A model generated the notes under the pieces. The model was given only the letters and a program-made list of their open reading frames with translations. It searched no databases and was not told where the DNA came from. The position numbers and the translations under genes are program-made. Positions 49,703 to 61,442 of a DNA stretch of 64,000 bases are shown here, piece after piece (the stretch's first letter is position 1; the number at the start of each line of letters is the position of its first letter). Source of the DNA: Chloroflexota bacterium (GTDB lineage Bacteria; Chloroflexota; Limnocylindria; P2-11E); assembly GCA_005889405.1 (NCBI GenBank), contig VBFY01000061.1:64769-128768 (forward strand), given 5' to 3'.

Positions 49703-51366
49703 ACCTGCATGATCACCGGCAGCACCATCGGCCGCCGCTTCGTGCGCTCGTACAGGTAGGCCGTGACGCTGTCATGGATCGAGTCGCGCAGCGTCGCGAC
49801 TTCCGCGAGGTGCTCGCCCGTTTGCGCCTCGCCGAGCCCGTCGAGGATGCGCTGCCGTGTGCGCTCGACGATGTCCGCGGCGTCCTCCTCGGGCACGAAG
49901 CCTTTCGTGACGATGTCCGGGCCCGACAGGACCTTGCCCGTCTGGCGCTCGATGGTGAGCACGACCATGAAGATGCCGTCGCTGCCGATCGACCAGCGGT
50001 CGCGCATCACCGATTGGCTGACGTCGCCCACGCCGAGACCGTCGACGTACACGACGCCGGAGGCGACCTTCTCGCCCAGGCGCGCGCCGCGCTCGTCGAT
50101 CTCGACGCAGTCGCCGTTGGTGATCACGAACGCGTTCCCCGGCGCGACGCCGAGGTCGATCGCGATGCGCGCATGCCGTACGAGCATCCGGTACTCGCCG
50201 TGGACCGGGATGAAGTACTTCGGTCGCAGGATGTTGAGGAGCAGCTTGAGCTCCTCCTGACTCGCGTGCCCGGACACGTGCGGCCGAACGCCCGCGTCGT
50301 AGATGACCTCCGCGCCGAGCTTGAAGAGGTTGTCGACGGTGCGGCTCACGAGCTCCTCGTTGCCGGGGATCGGCGTCGCCGACATGACGACGGTGTCGCC
50401 TTCCTTCACCACGACGTGGCGGTGGTCGCCGAGCGCCATCCGTGACAGCGCGCTCGTGGGCTCGCCCTGGCTGCCGGTGGTGATGATGCAGAGCTCGTGG
50501 TCGGGGAGCTTGTCGATCTCCTTCGGGTGGATGAGCGAGCCCTCGGGAAACACGAGGTAGCCGAGCTCGCGCGCGGTCCGCGTGTAGTTCTCCATCGATC
50601 GCCCGATGATCGCCGTGCGCCTTCCCCACGCCGCTGCGACGTCGACGATCTGCTTGATGCGCGAGATGTTCGACGCGAACGTCGTCGTGATCACGCGGCC
50701 CGGCGCGCGCGACATGATCGTGTCGAGGAGATCGCCGACGTGACGCTCGGACTGCGTGTAGCCGGCGACCTCGGCCCGCGTCGAATCGGAGAGCAGGAGC
50801 AGCACGCCGTGTGCGGCGATCTCCGAGAGCCGCGCGAAGTCGGTCTGCTTCCCATCCACCGGCGTGTGGTCGAACTTCCAGTCGCCCGAGTGCACGATCG
50901 TCCCGTACCGCGTCTCGATCGTGAGTCCGACGGCGTCGGGGATGCTGTGGCACACGTAATAGGAGTCGCACTCGTAGGGCCCGACGCGGAACGGCGTTCC
51001 CGGTGTGATCTCGTTCGCGTTCACCTTGTCGGCCAGCTTGTGTTCCCGGAGCTTGGTGCGCATGAGCCCGAGCGTGAGCTTCGTGCCGTAGACGGGCACG
51101 TCCGGAAGGTCGCGCAGGACGTACGGCAGCGCACCCATGTGGTCCTCGTGCGCGTGGGTCAGGATGATCCCGCGCACCTTCGCTTTGTTCTGCCGCAGGT
51201 ACGAGATGTCCGGGATGACGAGATCGATGCCGAGCATCTCCTCATCGGGGAACATGAGGCCGGCATCGACGACGACGATGTCGTCGCCCTGCTCGATCGC
51301 GAGCATGTTCTTGCCGATCTCGCCGACACCGCCGAGCGGGATCACGCGAAGGCGGCTAGTTGCCAA
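49699..51366 (-). CDS. rnj: Ribonuclease J
   Basis: PLGG.GEIGKNM, THAHEDH, HSIPD, TGSQGEP, HVSGH, PVHGE. Confidence 0.97.
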   Translation of the reverse strand: MATSRLRVIPLGGVGEIGKNMLAIEQGDDIVVVDAGLMFPDEEMLGIDLVIPDISYLRQNKAKVRGIILTHAHEDHMGALPYVLRDLPDVPVYGTKLTLGLMRTKLREHKLADKVNANEITPGTPFRVGPYECDSYYVCHSIPDAVGLTIETRYGTIVHSGDWKFDHTPVDGKQTDFARLSEIAAHGVLLLLSDSTRAEVAGYTQSERHVGDLLDTIMSRAPGRVITTTFASNISRIKQIVDVAAAWGRRTAIIGRSMENYTRTARELGYLVFPEGSLIHPKEIDKLPDHELCIITTGSQGEPTSALSRMALGDHRHVVVKEGDTVVMSATPIPGNEELVSRTVDNLFKLGAEVIYDAGVRPHVSGHASQEELKLLLNILRPKYFIPVHGEYRMLVRHARIAIDLGVAPGNAFVITNGDCVEIDERGARLGEKVASGVVYVDGLGVGDVSQSVMRDRWSIGSDGIFMVVLTIERQTGKVLSGPDIVTKGFVPEEDAADIVERTRQRILDGLGEAQTGEHLAEVATLRDSIHDSVTAYLYERTKRRPMVLPVIMQV

Positions 51367-51967
51367 AGAGCGTCATCTGATCCGCGGTCTTCTGTTCCGC
51401 TTTCTGTTGTGGGACCCGCTCGGTCGCAAGCAGTAGCGCGAGCGCCGCGAAATCCCCCGCGAGCGCGCCACGCAGCGCCGGCTGATGCAGCGCGGCGGCG
51501 GGGTGATAGACGGGGAAGATCACGAGGCCGTCGACCTTGCGCGGCCGGCCGTGGATCCGTGAGATCGACTCACCGGGAAGGAACTTCGCCATCGCGTGCC
51601 GGCCGAGCGTCACGATCACGCGGGGCTTCAAGACCGCCAGGTGGCGGTGCAGCCAGACGTCGCACGCGGTCACCTCGTCGGGCAGCGGGTCGCGGTTCTC
51701 CGGCGGGCGGTGCCGCACGACGTTGGTGATGAACACCTTGCTCCGGTCGAGACCGATGTCCGACAGGAGCTCGTCGAGGAGCTGTCCGGCCGCGCCGACG
51801 AACGGGCGTCCCTGAAGGTCCTCGTTGTATCCGGGCGCTTCGCCGAGGAAGAAGATCCCCGACTCGGCGCTTCCCTCCCCGGGCACGGCCTGCCGCGCGC
51901 TCCGGTGAAGGGGACAGGCCGTGCATGCCCGGATCTCGTCGGCGAGCATGCGCAGGTCGTCTTGCAT
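51356..51967 (-). CDS. Family 4 uracil-DNA glycosylase
   Basis: C..C.L, GEAPG..ED..G.PFVG.AG, YHPAA. Confidence 0.93.
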   Translation of the reverse strand: MQDDLRMLADEIRACTACPLHRSARQAVPGEGSAESGIFFLGEAPGYNEDLQGRPFVGAAGQLLDELLSDIGLDRSKVFITNVVRHRPPENRDPLPDEVTACDVWLHRHLAVLKPRVIVTLGRHAMAKFLPGESISRIHGRPRKVDGLVIFPVYHPAAALHQPALRGALAGDFAALALLLATERVPQQKAEQKTADQMTLFGN

Positions 51968-51987
51968 TCGGGCTGATTATGTCGCGC

Positions 51988-52662
51988 TCACGGCTTCGCG
52001 GGCGCCTTTCGTGCCAGGTACAAGACGTCCGTATAGATGCGCCTCGGCATCTCGACGACGTCCACGACGAATCCGGCGCGCTCGAACATGGCCAGGGCCT
52101 CGTCGCGCGACGGGAAGAAGAATCGCTCGTGTCCACCCTGCGTGAAGCCCAGGCTGACGGTGATCAGCTCCTGCCCATACGTGAGCGCGTAACGCGGGTC
52201 GAGCCGGCGCTCCTGGGCCTTCACCACGAGCGGACCGCCTTCGCCGAGGGCCGCGGCGGCGTTGCGCAGCACGCTCTCCTGTTGCTCGAACGGGATCAGG
52301 TACAGCACGTCGACGATCGTCACCGCATCGCAGCGCGGCGGTGCGTCCGCCACGATGTCGCCGACCTCGAATCGGAGCCACTGCGTGTCCTGGATCGCGC
52401 CACGGGCGACGTCGATCTTGCGCGGATCGAGGTCGATCCCCAGTACGCGCCGCGTCGGCGAAGCCTCGCGCAGCACACAGGCGAAGAGGCCGTGGCCGCA
52501 GCCGAGATCGACGATGAAACCTTTCTTCGGCACGTAGCGCTCGACGACCGCGAGGTCCGACAGGAACGCGCGGCCATGCACGAACAGGCGCGGCATGATC
52601 GGGGCCTTCGTGTAACGGCGGAGCGCGCGGCCCAGAGCGCCGGTCGCTGTCGCGCCCGGCAT
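51988..52662 (-). CDS. Class I SAM-dependent methyltransferase
   Basis: VDLGCGHG, GIDLD..KI, DVLY. Confidence 0.88.
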   Translation of the reverse strand: MPGATATGALGRALRRYTKAPIMPRLFVHGRAFLSDLAVVERYVPKKGFIVDLGCGHGLFACVLREASPTRRVLGIDLDPRKIDVARGAIQDTQWLRFEVGDIVADAPPRCDAVTIVDVLYLIPFEQQESVLRNAAAALGEGGPLVVKAQERRLDPRYALTYGQELITVSLGFTQGGHERFFFPSRDEALAMFERAGFVVDVVEMPRRIYTDVLYLARKAPAKP

Positions 52663-53450
52663 CAGTGGACCCGCCACAGGACGTCGCGGCCCAGCGCGGT
52701 GCGCAGCAGTGGGTCGGTGAGCAGCGCGAGATCGTCGGCCCGCGGCAGGAGACCGTCCGCGAGGCTGAGGTCGTCGTCCACATACCCCGGATGGCCCGCG
52801 ACCTCGCCGAGCCCACCGTACGCCGCGAGGAGCGCGACGCCGGCCGCGTCGAGGCGCGGGCGCTGCGATGTCAGGTCGACGTACCAGGAAGGGCCGCGGA
52901 TGCCGCGGAGGGCAAGGTCCGATACGAGCGAGGCCGCGGCGAGCGAAGCCGTCTTCAGCTCCGTTCGGAGCCGCGGCGCGCGGGCGCGGCGCACCCAGCG
53001 CACGCCCAGATCGCGAGCGACATGCCCGACGACCAGCGCCACCGGCGGCAGTAGATGCACGTGGCGATGCGAGTCCCACGCCAGCGCCGGAACACCCCAG
53101 GATCGCGCACGGGCAGCCTGTGCTCGTAGCTCCCGCGCGAGCTCCGCCGGGCGCACGCGCCCGGTGAAGAGACGACGGGTGAAGACGGAGAGCGGGTAGA
53201 ACGTTCCGTTCTCATCGCAGAGCGAGGGGACCGAGGCGGGGTCGCTTGCGGGTCGGCCGCCGACGAGATCGAGGTGCAGTCCGATCTCGAGGTCCGGCTC
53301 GGCCAGCGCGAGTGCCGCGGCCTCCTGTGCGGCCGGATACGTCACGATGAGCGACGTCGAGCGGACCACGCCCCGGCGATGGGCTTCGAGGATGCCGCGC
53401 GTCACGCCGGTGCTGAGACCGAGATCGTCGGCGGTGACGATGACGCTCAA
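52662..53450 (-). CDS. YdjC/ChbG/HpnK family deacetylase
   Basis: TTG in TTGA overlap; ADDLG, GLHL.L, DSH.H.H, HPG. Confidence 0.92.
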   Translation of the reverse strand: MSVIVTADDLGLSTGVTRGILEAHRRGVVRSTSLIVTYPAAQEAAALALAEPDLEIGLHLDLVGGRPASDPASVPSLCDENGTFYPLSVFTRRLFTGRVRPAELARELRAQAARARSWGVPALAWDSHRHVHLLPPVALVVGHVARDLGVRWVRRARAPRLRTELKTASLAAASLVSDLALRGIRGPSWYVDLTSQRPRLDAAGVALLAAYGGLGEVAGHPGYVDDDLSLADGLLPRADDLALLTDPLLRTALGRDVLWRVH

Positions 53451-54166
53451 CGGTAGCGCCCGAGCATGTCGTTCAGGCGGATGCGTATGAGGTCGCGCAG
53501 CATCCGCGGCGCCTGCGCCGCGAAGTTGATGCTCGTCTCGTGGTCCTGCATCAGCGCGAAAGGGATCTCGCGAACGCGATAGTGCGCTCGTCGCGCGAGG
53601 AACAGGACCTCGGCATCGAACGCGAAGCCGTGCAGGCGTTGGCGCAGGAAGAGGTCCTTCGCGGCCTCGGCCGTGTAGGCCTTGCCGCCGCACTGCGTGT
53701 CCTGGACGCCGGTCGGCACGAGTATCCGCACGCACGCGCGAAAGGCGTCACCGAGGAAGCGCCGCCACCACGGACGGCGTACGACAGAGCCGGGTACGTA
53801 CCGCGACGCGATCGCGATGTCGGCGCCCTCGTCGATCGCGCGGAGGAAGTTGTCGATGATGTCCACGGGGATCGTCAGGTCGGCGTCGAGAAAGACGATC
53901 GGATCGCCCGTGGCGCTGCCGACGCCCGCGCGTACCGCCGAACCCTTGCCGCGATGTGGCAGGGGCAGATAGCGATAGCTGAGGCGGCCCTGCGGCAGCG
54001 TCGCGACCGCGTCCGCGAATGCCTCGCCGGTGTGGTCGGTCGAGCCATCGTCCGCGACGATGATCTCCGCACCGAGGCCGCGCTCGCCGAGAAACTCCGC
54101 GCATGCGGCGAGGCTCGCCGCGATCCGGCGAGCCTCGTTATAGGAAGGTAGAACGAGTGAGAGCAG
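53447..54166 (-). CDS. GT2 polyprenyl-phosphate glycosyltransferase (probable CTG start)
   Basis: SLVLPSYNE, DDGSTD, GKG.AVR.G, DAD, DTQCG.K, FD.E; open frame starts right after the pnp TAG. Confidence 0.9.
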   Translation of the reverse strand: MLSLVLPSYNEARRIAASLAACAEFLGERGLGAEIIVADDGSTDHTGEAFADAVATLPQGRLSYRYLPLPHRGKGSAVRAGVGSATGDPIVFLDADLTIPVDIIDNFLRAIDEGADIAIASRYVPGSVVRRPWWRRFLGDAFRACVRILVPTGVQDTQCGGKAYTAEAAKDLFLRQRLHGFAFDAEVLFLARRAHYRVREIPFALMQDHETSINFAAQAPRMLRDLIRIRLNDMLGRYR

Positions 54167-54169
54167 CGG

Positions 54170-56392
<2,223 letters not shown>

Positions 56393-56412
56393 GTATTTGT
56401 TGGGGTGCCTCT

Positions 56413-56441
56413 AAGAAGAGACCCAGGGAGCTCCCTGGGTC
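56413..56441 (-). terminator. Intrinsic terminator after rpsO
   Basis: Palindrome GACCCAGGGAGCTCCCTGGGTC (56420-56441) followed by TCTTCTT on the - strand. Confidence 0.7.
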
Positions 56442-56462
56442 ATCCGCGCTCTCGCGGCCTCG

Positions 56463-56735
56463 CTACCGGCGTAGTCCGAGTCGCCCGATGATCACCTGGT
56501 AGCGCTCGGGAGACTTCTGGTGCAGGTATGCGAGGAGCCGCCGCCGCTGTCCGACCATCTGGAGCAGGCCGCGCCGACTGGAATTGTCATGGCGCGCTGC
56601 GCGAAGGTGTTCGGTCAGATGCTTGATGCGCTGCGTGAGGACTGCGATCTGGACCTCCGGCGAACCGGTGTCTTTTTCGTCGCGCTGGTAGGCCCCGATG
56701 AGCTCACGCTTGGATGTCGTCGTAGCGGGCGGCAC
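56463..56735 (-). CDS. rpsO: 30S ribosomal protein S15
   Basis: [19 protein letters not shown]...HD.SSRRGLL.MVG.RRRLL.YL. Confidence 0.98.
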   Translation of the reverse strand: MPPATTTSKRELIGAYQRDEKDTGSPEVQIAVLTQRIKHLTEHLRAARHDNSSRRGLLQMVGQRRRLLAYLHQKSPERYQVIIGRLGLRR

Positions 56736-56779
56736 CCACTGTCCTTTCTCTGATCCGTAGATCTTGTTTTGTCTCGAGC

Positions 56780-56808
56780 AGTGTATGCGATGGGTGACCG
56801 GCCGTCAC
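56780..56808 (-). promoter_or_regulatory. Putative rpsO-pnp promoter
   Basis: GTGACG-N17-TACACT on the - strand. Confidence 0.5.
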
Positions 56809-56894
56809 GAACGCGGGCGATCCCCTACCTGAGCTCATCGCGAGCCCGCGGGTCGTTTTCGTAACGGGGATCAGCGATCGCCCGCCCATGCCGC

Positions 56895-57812
56895 TCAAAC
56901 ACGCAGAGCCTTTCGAGTCTCTTCCACATCGTGGGCGATCTGCGTGCTGAGCTCCGCTGCGCTCGCGAATCGCAGCTCGTCGCGGAGGCGCTTTACGAAC
57001 GCGGCCTCGATGCGGTCGCCGTACGCGTCACCACTCCAATCGAGCAGATAGGCCTCGAGTACCCGGTCGCCGCCACCGAACGTCGGCCTGACCCCGAGGC
57101 TTGCCGCCGCGGGAACGCGCTGACCACTCACGGTCGCCCACAGCGCGTAGATGCCGTCGCGTGGCAGTAGCCGTTCGCGCGGGACCGCGAGGTTCATCGT
57201 CGGGAAGCCGAGCGCCCGGCCGCGCTGGTCGCCACGGACGACAGTGCCGCGCACGCTGTACGGGCGGCCGAGGAGGCGCGCCGCGCTCTCTACATCGCCC
57301 ACGAGGAGCGCGTTGCGAATGCGCGTCGAGCTCACCACTTCGCCGTCGAGCTTGACCGGCGTCGCGACGACGACCTCGAAGCCGAAGCGCGACCCGGCCG
57401 CGGCGAGAGTGCGGACATCGCCGCCGCGGTCGTGCCCGAACTGGAAGTCCTCGCCGACGAGGATCTGCCGCACCTCGCCCGCGCTCGTGAGCCGGCGCAC
57501 GAACTCGTCGGCGGTCAGGGCGGCGAATTCTTTGGTGAAGTGAAAAATGACGATGTCGTTCGCGCCGGCTTCCTGCAGCAGCCGCGTGCGTTCGTCGACA
57601 TCGGACAGCGCGGACGGCGGTGCGCCGGGCGCGAGCGCCTGGATCGGGAGCGGATCGAACGTGGCCGCGATCGCTCTCCCACCCTGTTGCTTCGCGCGTG
57701 CGGCGGTCTGCCGCATGAGCGCCCGATGACCGATGTGGACGCCGTCAAAGACGCCGACGGCGATGGAGAGCGGACCGCGCGGCCAGCTGGTGAAGTCCAC
57801 GAGCACGCCCAC
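56895..57812 (-). CDS. ribF: Bifunctional riboflavin kinase/FAD synthetase
   Basis: G.FDGVH.GH, VG.DF.FG, SST.IR, GR.LGFPT.N, G.RPTF. Confidence 0.96.
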   Translation of the reverse strand: MGVLVDFTSWPRGPLSIAVGVFDGVHIGHRALMRQTAARAKQQGGRAIAATFDPLPIQALAPGAPPSALSDVDERTRLLQEAGANDIVIFHFTKEFAALTADEFVRRLTSAGEVRQILVGEDFQFGHDRGGDVRTLAAAGSRFGFEVVVATPVKLDGEVVSSTRIRNALLVGDVESAARLLGRPYSVRGTVVRGDQRGRALGFPTMNLAVPRERLLPRDGIYALWATVSGQRVPAAASLGVRPTFGGGDRVLEAYLLDWSGDAYGDRIEAAFVKRLRDELRFASAAELSTQIAHDVEETRKALRV

Positions 57813-57823
57813 GGGCGCTGAGG

Positions 57824-59335
57824 CTAGTCGAGCGCTCCGGCAGGTGCGGGCGCGGGCTCACCGGCGACGGGCTCGAGCGGGCGCACCTCGGTGCTCGCGG
57901 GTCCCATCGGCGCCAAAATCGCGGTCGGCGCGCCCGTCGCCACCGGCGCCGACTCCCGCTGCGCGCCGACGGCCGCCCGCTCTCGCCTCGTTCGCACTCG
58001 TCGCTTTGCCGGCGCTGCTTCTGCTCGCAGGAACATCACCGGCGTGGCCACGGCGAGGATGTAGCCGAGGTAGTTCCCCTGGAAGTAGCGGCCGAAGAAG
58101 AGGAACGCGAGAAGCGTGAGCGCGTAGCCGGTGAGCATCGTCGGGAGGGTCGGCCGCTTCCAGAGCTTCCACATCCACCAGAGGGCGATCGGCGTCGCGA
58201 CGGCGATCTCGATCGCGGCGAACGGGAAGTCCGCCTGTCGGAATTCGATCACCCCGAGCGCGAGGAGCAGCGCCGAGAACCCCATGCCAGAGATCGGATA
58301 CGTCCAGGCCGCACCGCCGGCGTTGTAGCGGACGACGTCGTCGTAGAACGCAGCGAAGTCGTTGAGCAGGAACGGCAGGAACGTGATCGCCAGGAACAGC
58401 GTCGCGGGCCAGAGCGGGCGCCATAGGACATCCCATGCCTCGCGCACCGTTCGCGGGCGCCGCGTCGCGACCAGCCACACCGCGACGAACGGCATGAGGA
58501 AGACGGCGTGCAGCTTCGCGGCCGCGGCGATCGCGATCGCGAACGAGCCGAGCGTTCGCCGCTCGCGTTGGAGCAGGGCGATGCCTGCGAACAGGAACAC
58601 CAGCACGAAGAAGTCGTTGCGGCCTTCGACGACGAACGGAAAGAGCTGCGGATTCAGCGCGACGAGCGTCACGAGCGCGAGCCGGTTCTCGACGCGGCGC
58701 GCGAGGAGCGGCACGATCGCGAGCGTCGCGAGGTACGCGGGCAGATAGAGGTAGCGCTGGTCCCAGAACAGCCCGACCTTGTCGAAGAGCCACACGAACG
58801 GCGTCGTGATCAGGAAGAGGAATGGGAAGTACGTGAGGTGATAGAGCGCCGGGTTGTTCACCATCGGCCAGTAATAGAGCGGGGTGTCGAGGTAATCGGC
58901 GACGTAGGGGTTCTGCCCGAGGAGCAGCTTGCGCGCGGCCCATTCGACCATCAGCGCACCGTCGTGGATGTACGTGTAGGGCTTCCCGGTCTCGCGCAGG
59001 ACGATCGACGCGAGCGTTGGCACGACGACGAAGACCGTGATGATCGCGGCGACGTGAACGGCTCGCTGACGGCTCGTGAAGGCGGCGCGCGAGATGTGAT
59101 CGCGCATGGCGTATGCGATCGGCAACACGCCGCAGGCGATGAGGAACACGGTGTCCGCCCCGAACGGGAACAGCTGCCAGAGTGGAACGTCGCGCGTCGC
59201 GGCGACGGTCGTGTGGTTCCCGAACAGCAGCAGCCAGTTCGCGACACCGACCGCGCTCACGACCTTGGCGTCGAGCGACAGATCGCGCCAGGCCTGGAGG
59301 GCGGCGCGGGCCAAGCGTTCCACGACCTTGATCAC
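57824..59335 (-). CDS. GT-C fold membrane glycosyltransferase (GT87/DUF2029-like)
   Basis: About 11 TM segments; acidic HD in first loop, G.NPY, YFP, G.ND, AAAK. Confidence 0.75.
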   Translation of the reverse strand: MIKVVERLARAALQAWRDLSLDAKVVSAVGVANWLLLFGNHTTVAATRDVPLWQLFPFGADTVFLIACGVLPIAYAMRDHISRAAFTSRQRAVHVAAIITVFVVVPTLASIVLRETGKPYTYIHDGALMVEWAARKLLLGQNPYVADYLDTPLYYWPMVNNPALYHLTYFPFLFLITTPFVWLFDKVGLFWDQRYLYLPAYLATLAIVPLLARRVENRLALVTLVALNPQLFPFVVEGRNDFFVLVFLFAGIALLQRERRTLGSFAIAIAAAAKLHAVFLMPFVAVWLVATRRPRTVREAWDVLWRPLWPATLFLAITFLPFLLNDFAAFYDDVVRYNAGGAAWTYPISGMGFSALLLALGVIEFRQADFPFAAIEIAVATPIALWWMWKLWKRPTLPTMLTGYALTLLAFLFFGRYFQGNYLGYILAVATPVMFLRAEAAPAKRRVRTRRERAAVGAQRESAPVATGAPTAILAPMGPASTEVRPLEPVAGEPAPAPAGALD

Positions 59336-60096
59336 GTGCGTCCCCCTGCGGCGACGATCTTACCGGCGGCCTCGTCGAGATACCGACGCGGCAGCACGAG
59401 TGTTTCGTCGTTCATGACGCGGAGGCGCGCGACCGCGGCGTCGTGGCCCGCGGCGCGAAGCGCCTCGATGCCGATCGCGTCGGCGACGTCGAGCGCCCCG
59501 ATGGCAAGACGCCGTAGCACGGCGAGATGCGCGGCGGACCCAAGCGCTCTTCCGAGATCGCGCGCGATCGACCGCACATAGGTGCCGCTCCCGCACACGA
59601 TCAGAAGACGCGCGTCGGGCGGGCTCCACTCCGTCATCTCGAGTCGGTGGACCTGCACCTCCCGGGCCGCCAGCGAGACGGTTTCGCCACTTCGCGCGAG
59701 CGAATAGGCCCTTCGGCCATCGATTTTCACCGCCGCATACGCAGGTGGGACCTGCAATATCGCGCCGCGTAATGGAGCGAGTGCCGCTTCGATGCGACTC
59801 GCGCTCGCAGGAAGCGCGGCGCTGCGTGTCGTCCCGCCTTCCCGGTCGTCGGTCGCCGTCTCGGTCCCAAAGCGCACGAGCGCGTCATAGACCTTGGGGG
59901 CGGTGTGCAGCCGCTCGGTCGCGCGCGTCGTCTCGCCGACGAGAAGCGCGAGGAGTCCGGTCGCGAGTGGATCGAGCGTGCCGCCGTGACCCACGCGCCT
60001 CGCGCCGAGGACACCCCGAACGACCGCGACGACGTCGAACGAGGTCCAGCCCTCGGGCTTGTCGATCGCGAGGATGCCGGCGAGCGTGGTGGTCAG
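59332..60096 (-). CDS. truB: tRNA pseudouridine(55) synthase (probable CTG start)
   Basis: GILAIDKPEGWTSFDVV lies upstream of GHGGTLDP; T.TDD.EG, PP.Y.A.K..G, GTYVRS.ARDLG. Confidence 0.95.
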   Translation of the reverse strand: MTTTLAGILAIDKPEGWTSFDVVAVVRGVLGARRVGHGGTLDPLATGLLALLVGETTRATERLHTAPKVYDALVRFGTETATDDREGGTTRSAALPASASRIEAALAPLRGAILQVPPAYAAVKIDGRRAYSLARSGETVSLAAREVQVHRLEMTEWSPPDARLLIVCGSGTYVRSIARDLGRALGSAAHLAVLRRLAIGALDVADAIGIEALRAAGHDAAVARLRVMNDETLVLPRRYLDEAAGKIVAAGGRT

Positions 60097-61082
60097 GCGA
60101 TCCCTTCGGCGACCGGCTGAGCGGCACGCGCGGCCGCGAGCGCCTCGCGGGCGGCACGCAGCACTGCCTCGCGGACCTCGGTGACATTGCCGCTTACCAG
60201 AGCGCCCGCGGCGCGCACGTGACCGCCGCCGCCGAACCGCGCCATGACCGCCGACGCGTCGACCGACGGTGCCCAGGCGGAGGTACGGCAGGAGACCTTG
60301 ATCGCGCCCGCGTCGTGCTCGTTGAACAGGAGCGCCACGCGCATTCCGCTCGCTCGCGCGATCTGCTCCACGAGGCCCGAGATGTCCTCGTCGAGCGCCT
60401 CAGCGTTCGCGAAGTCCTCGCGCGTGACCTCGGTCCAGACGAGCTGTCCGTCCTGCTCGCGGCGCAGCCGCGCGAACGCGAAGCCCCACAGGTTTAGCGC
60501 CTGGAAGCGCTTGTTGCGGAACACGTTGTAAGTGATCGCCTGGAGATCGGCGCCCGCCTCGCGGAGCCGCGCGGCCCGCTCGAGCGCGCGCGCATCGGTC
60601 GAGGGGAACTGGAACGATCCGGTGTCGGTCATGATCCCGACGAGAGCCGCGGTCGCCATCTCGGCCGTCCACTTCACCCCGAGCGCGTCGATGACGCGTG
60701 AGACGAGCTCCGCCGTGGCCGCGGACGTGACGTCGACGAGGTTCACCGATCCGAAGCCCGCATTCGAGGCGTGGTGGTCAATGTTCACGAGCGTCGGTCC
60801 GGCCGGCAGCGCGAACTTCGCGCGGTCGGCCGAGCCGAAGTCGACCGTGACGATGAGGTCGCACGTGCTCGGCGGCGGCTCACTCGTGTAGCGATCGGCC
60901 CACGCCAGGAAGCGCGCGTGCTCGGGCACCGGGTCGGCGCAGTGGAGCGTGATGCGCTTTCCGAGGCTGTCGAGCGCGAGACCGAGCGCGATGCCGGAGC
61001 CGATGGTGTCGGGGTCGGGGTCGCGGTGAGAGACGATCGCGACGGTCTTCGCGCGTCGGAGGGTGTCGACGATCTCCTTCAC
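60093..61082 (-). CDS. nrnA: DHH family nanoRNase/pAp phosphatase
   Basis: H..PD.D, IDHH, DTG.F, GGGH..AAG. Confidence 0.93.
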   Translation of the reverse strand: MKEIVDTLRRAKTVAIVSHRDPDPDTIGSGIALGLALDSLGKRITLHCADPVPEHARFLAWADRYTSEPPPSTCDLIVTVDFGSADRAKFALPAGPTLVNIDHHASNAGFGSVNLVDVTSAATAELVSRVIDALGVKWTAEMATAALVGIMTDTGSFQFPSTDARALERAARLREAGADLQAITYNVFRNKRFQALNLWGFAFARLRREQDGQLVWTEVTREDFANAEALDEDISGLVEQIARASGMRVALLFNEHDAGAIKVSCRTSAWAPSVDASAVMARFGGGGHVRAAGALVSGNVTEVREAVLRAAREALAAARAAQPVAEGIA

Positions 61083-61435
61083 GAAGGCTCTTCGCGTTCC
61101 CGCGCCTGCCGCAACAGCGTCGCGATGCGCGCTGCGCGTTCGGCCGTCTGGTCGGAGACGAACGTCAGGTCGGGGACGTAGCGGAGCTCGGTGCGCGCGC
61201 CGATCTCGTGGCGCAGGTACGGGCGCGCCTCGTTGAGCGCGACCATCGTCGACTTCACCTGGTCCTCGTCGCCGAGGACGCTGACGTGGACCTTGGCGCT
61301 GCGAAGATCGGAGGTGATCTCGACCGCGGTCACCGTCGCGAACGCGATGCGCGGATCGCGCAGCTCCTCGCTGATGATCATGCCGAGCTCGCGCTGCAGC
61401 AGCGCGTTGACGCGGTCCGCCCGCTTGTAGGCCAC
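61079..61435 (-). CDS. rbfA: Ribosome-binding factor A
   Basis: RADRV, DPRI, DL..AKV, LRYVP.L.F..D; GTG 61435. Confidence 0.95.
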   Translation of the reverse strand: MAYKRADRVNALLQRELGMIISEELRDPRIAFATVTAVEITSDLRSAKVHVSVLGDEDQVKSTMVALNEARPYLRHEIGARTELRYVPDLTFVSDQTAERAARIATLLRQAREREEPS

Positions 61436-61442
61436 CCTGCGA

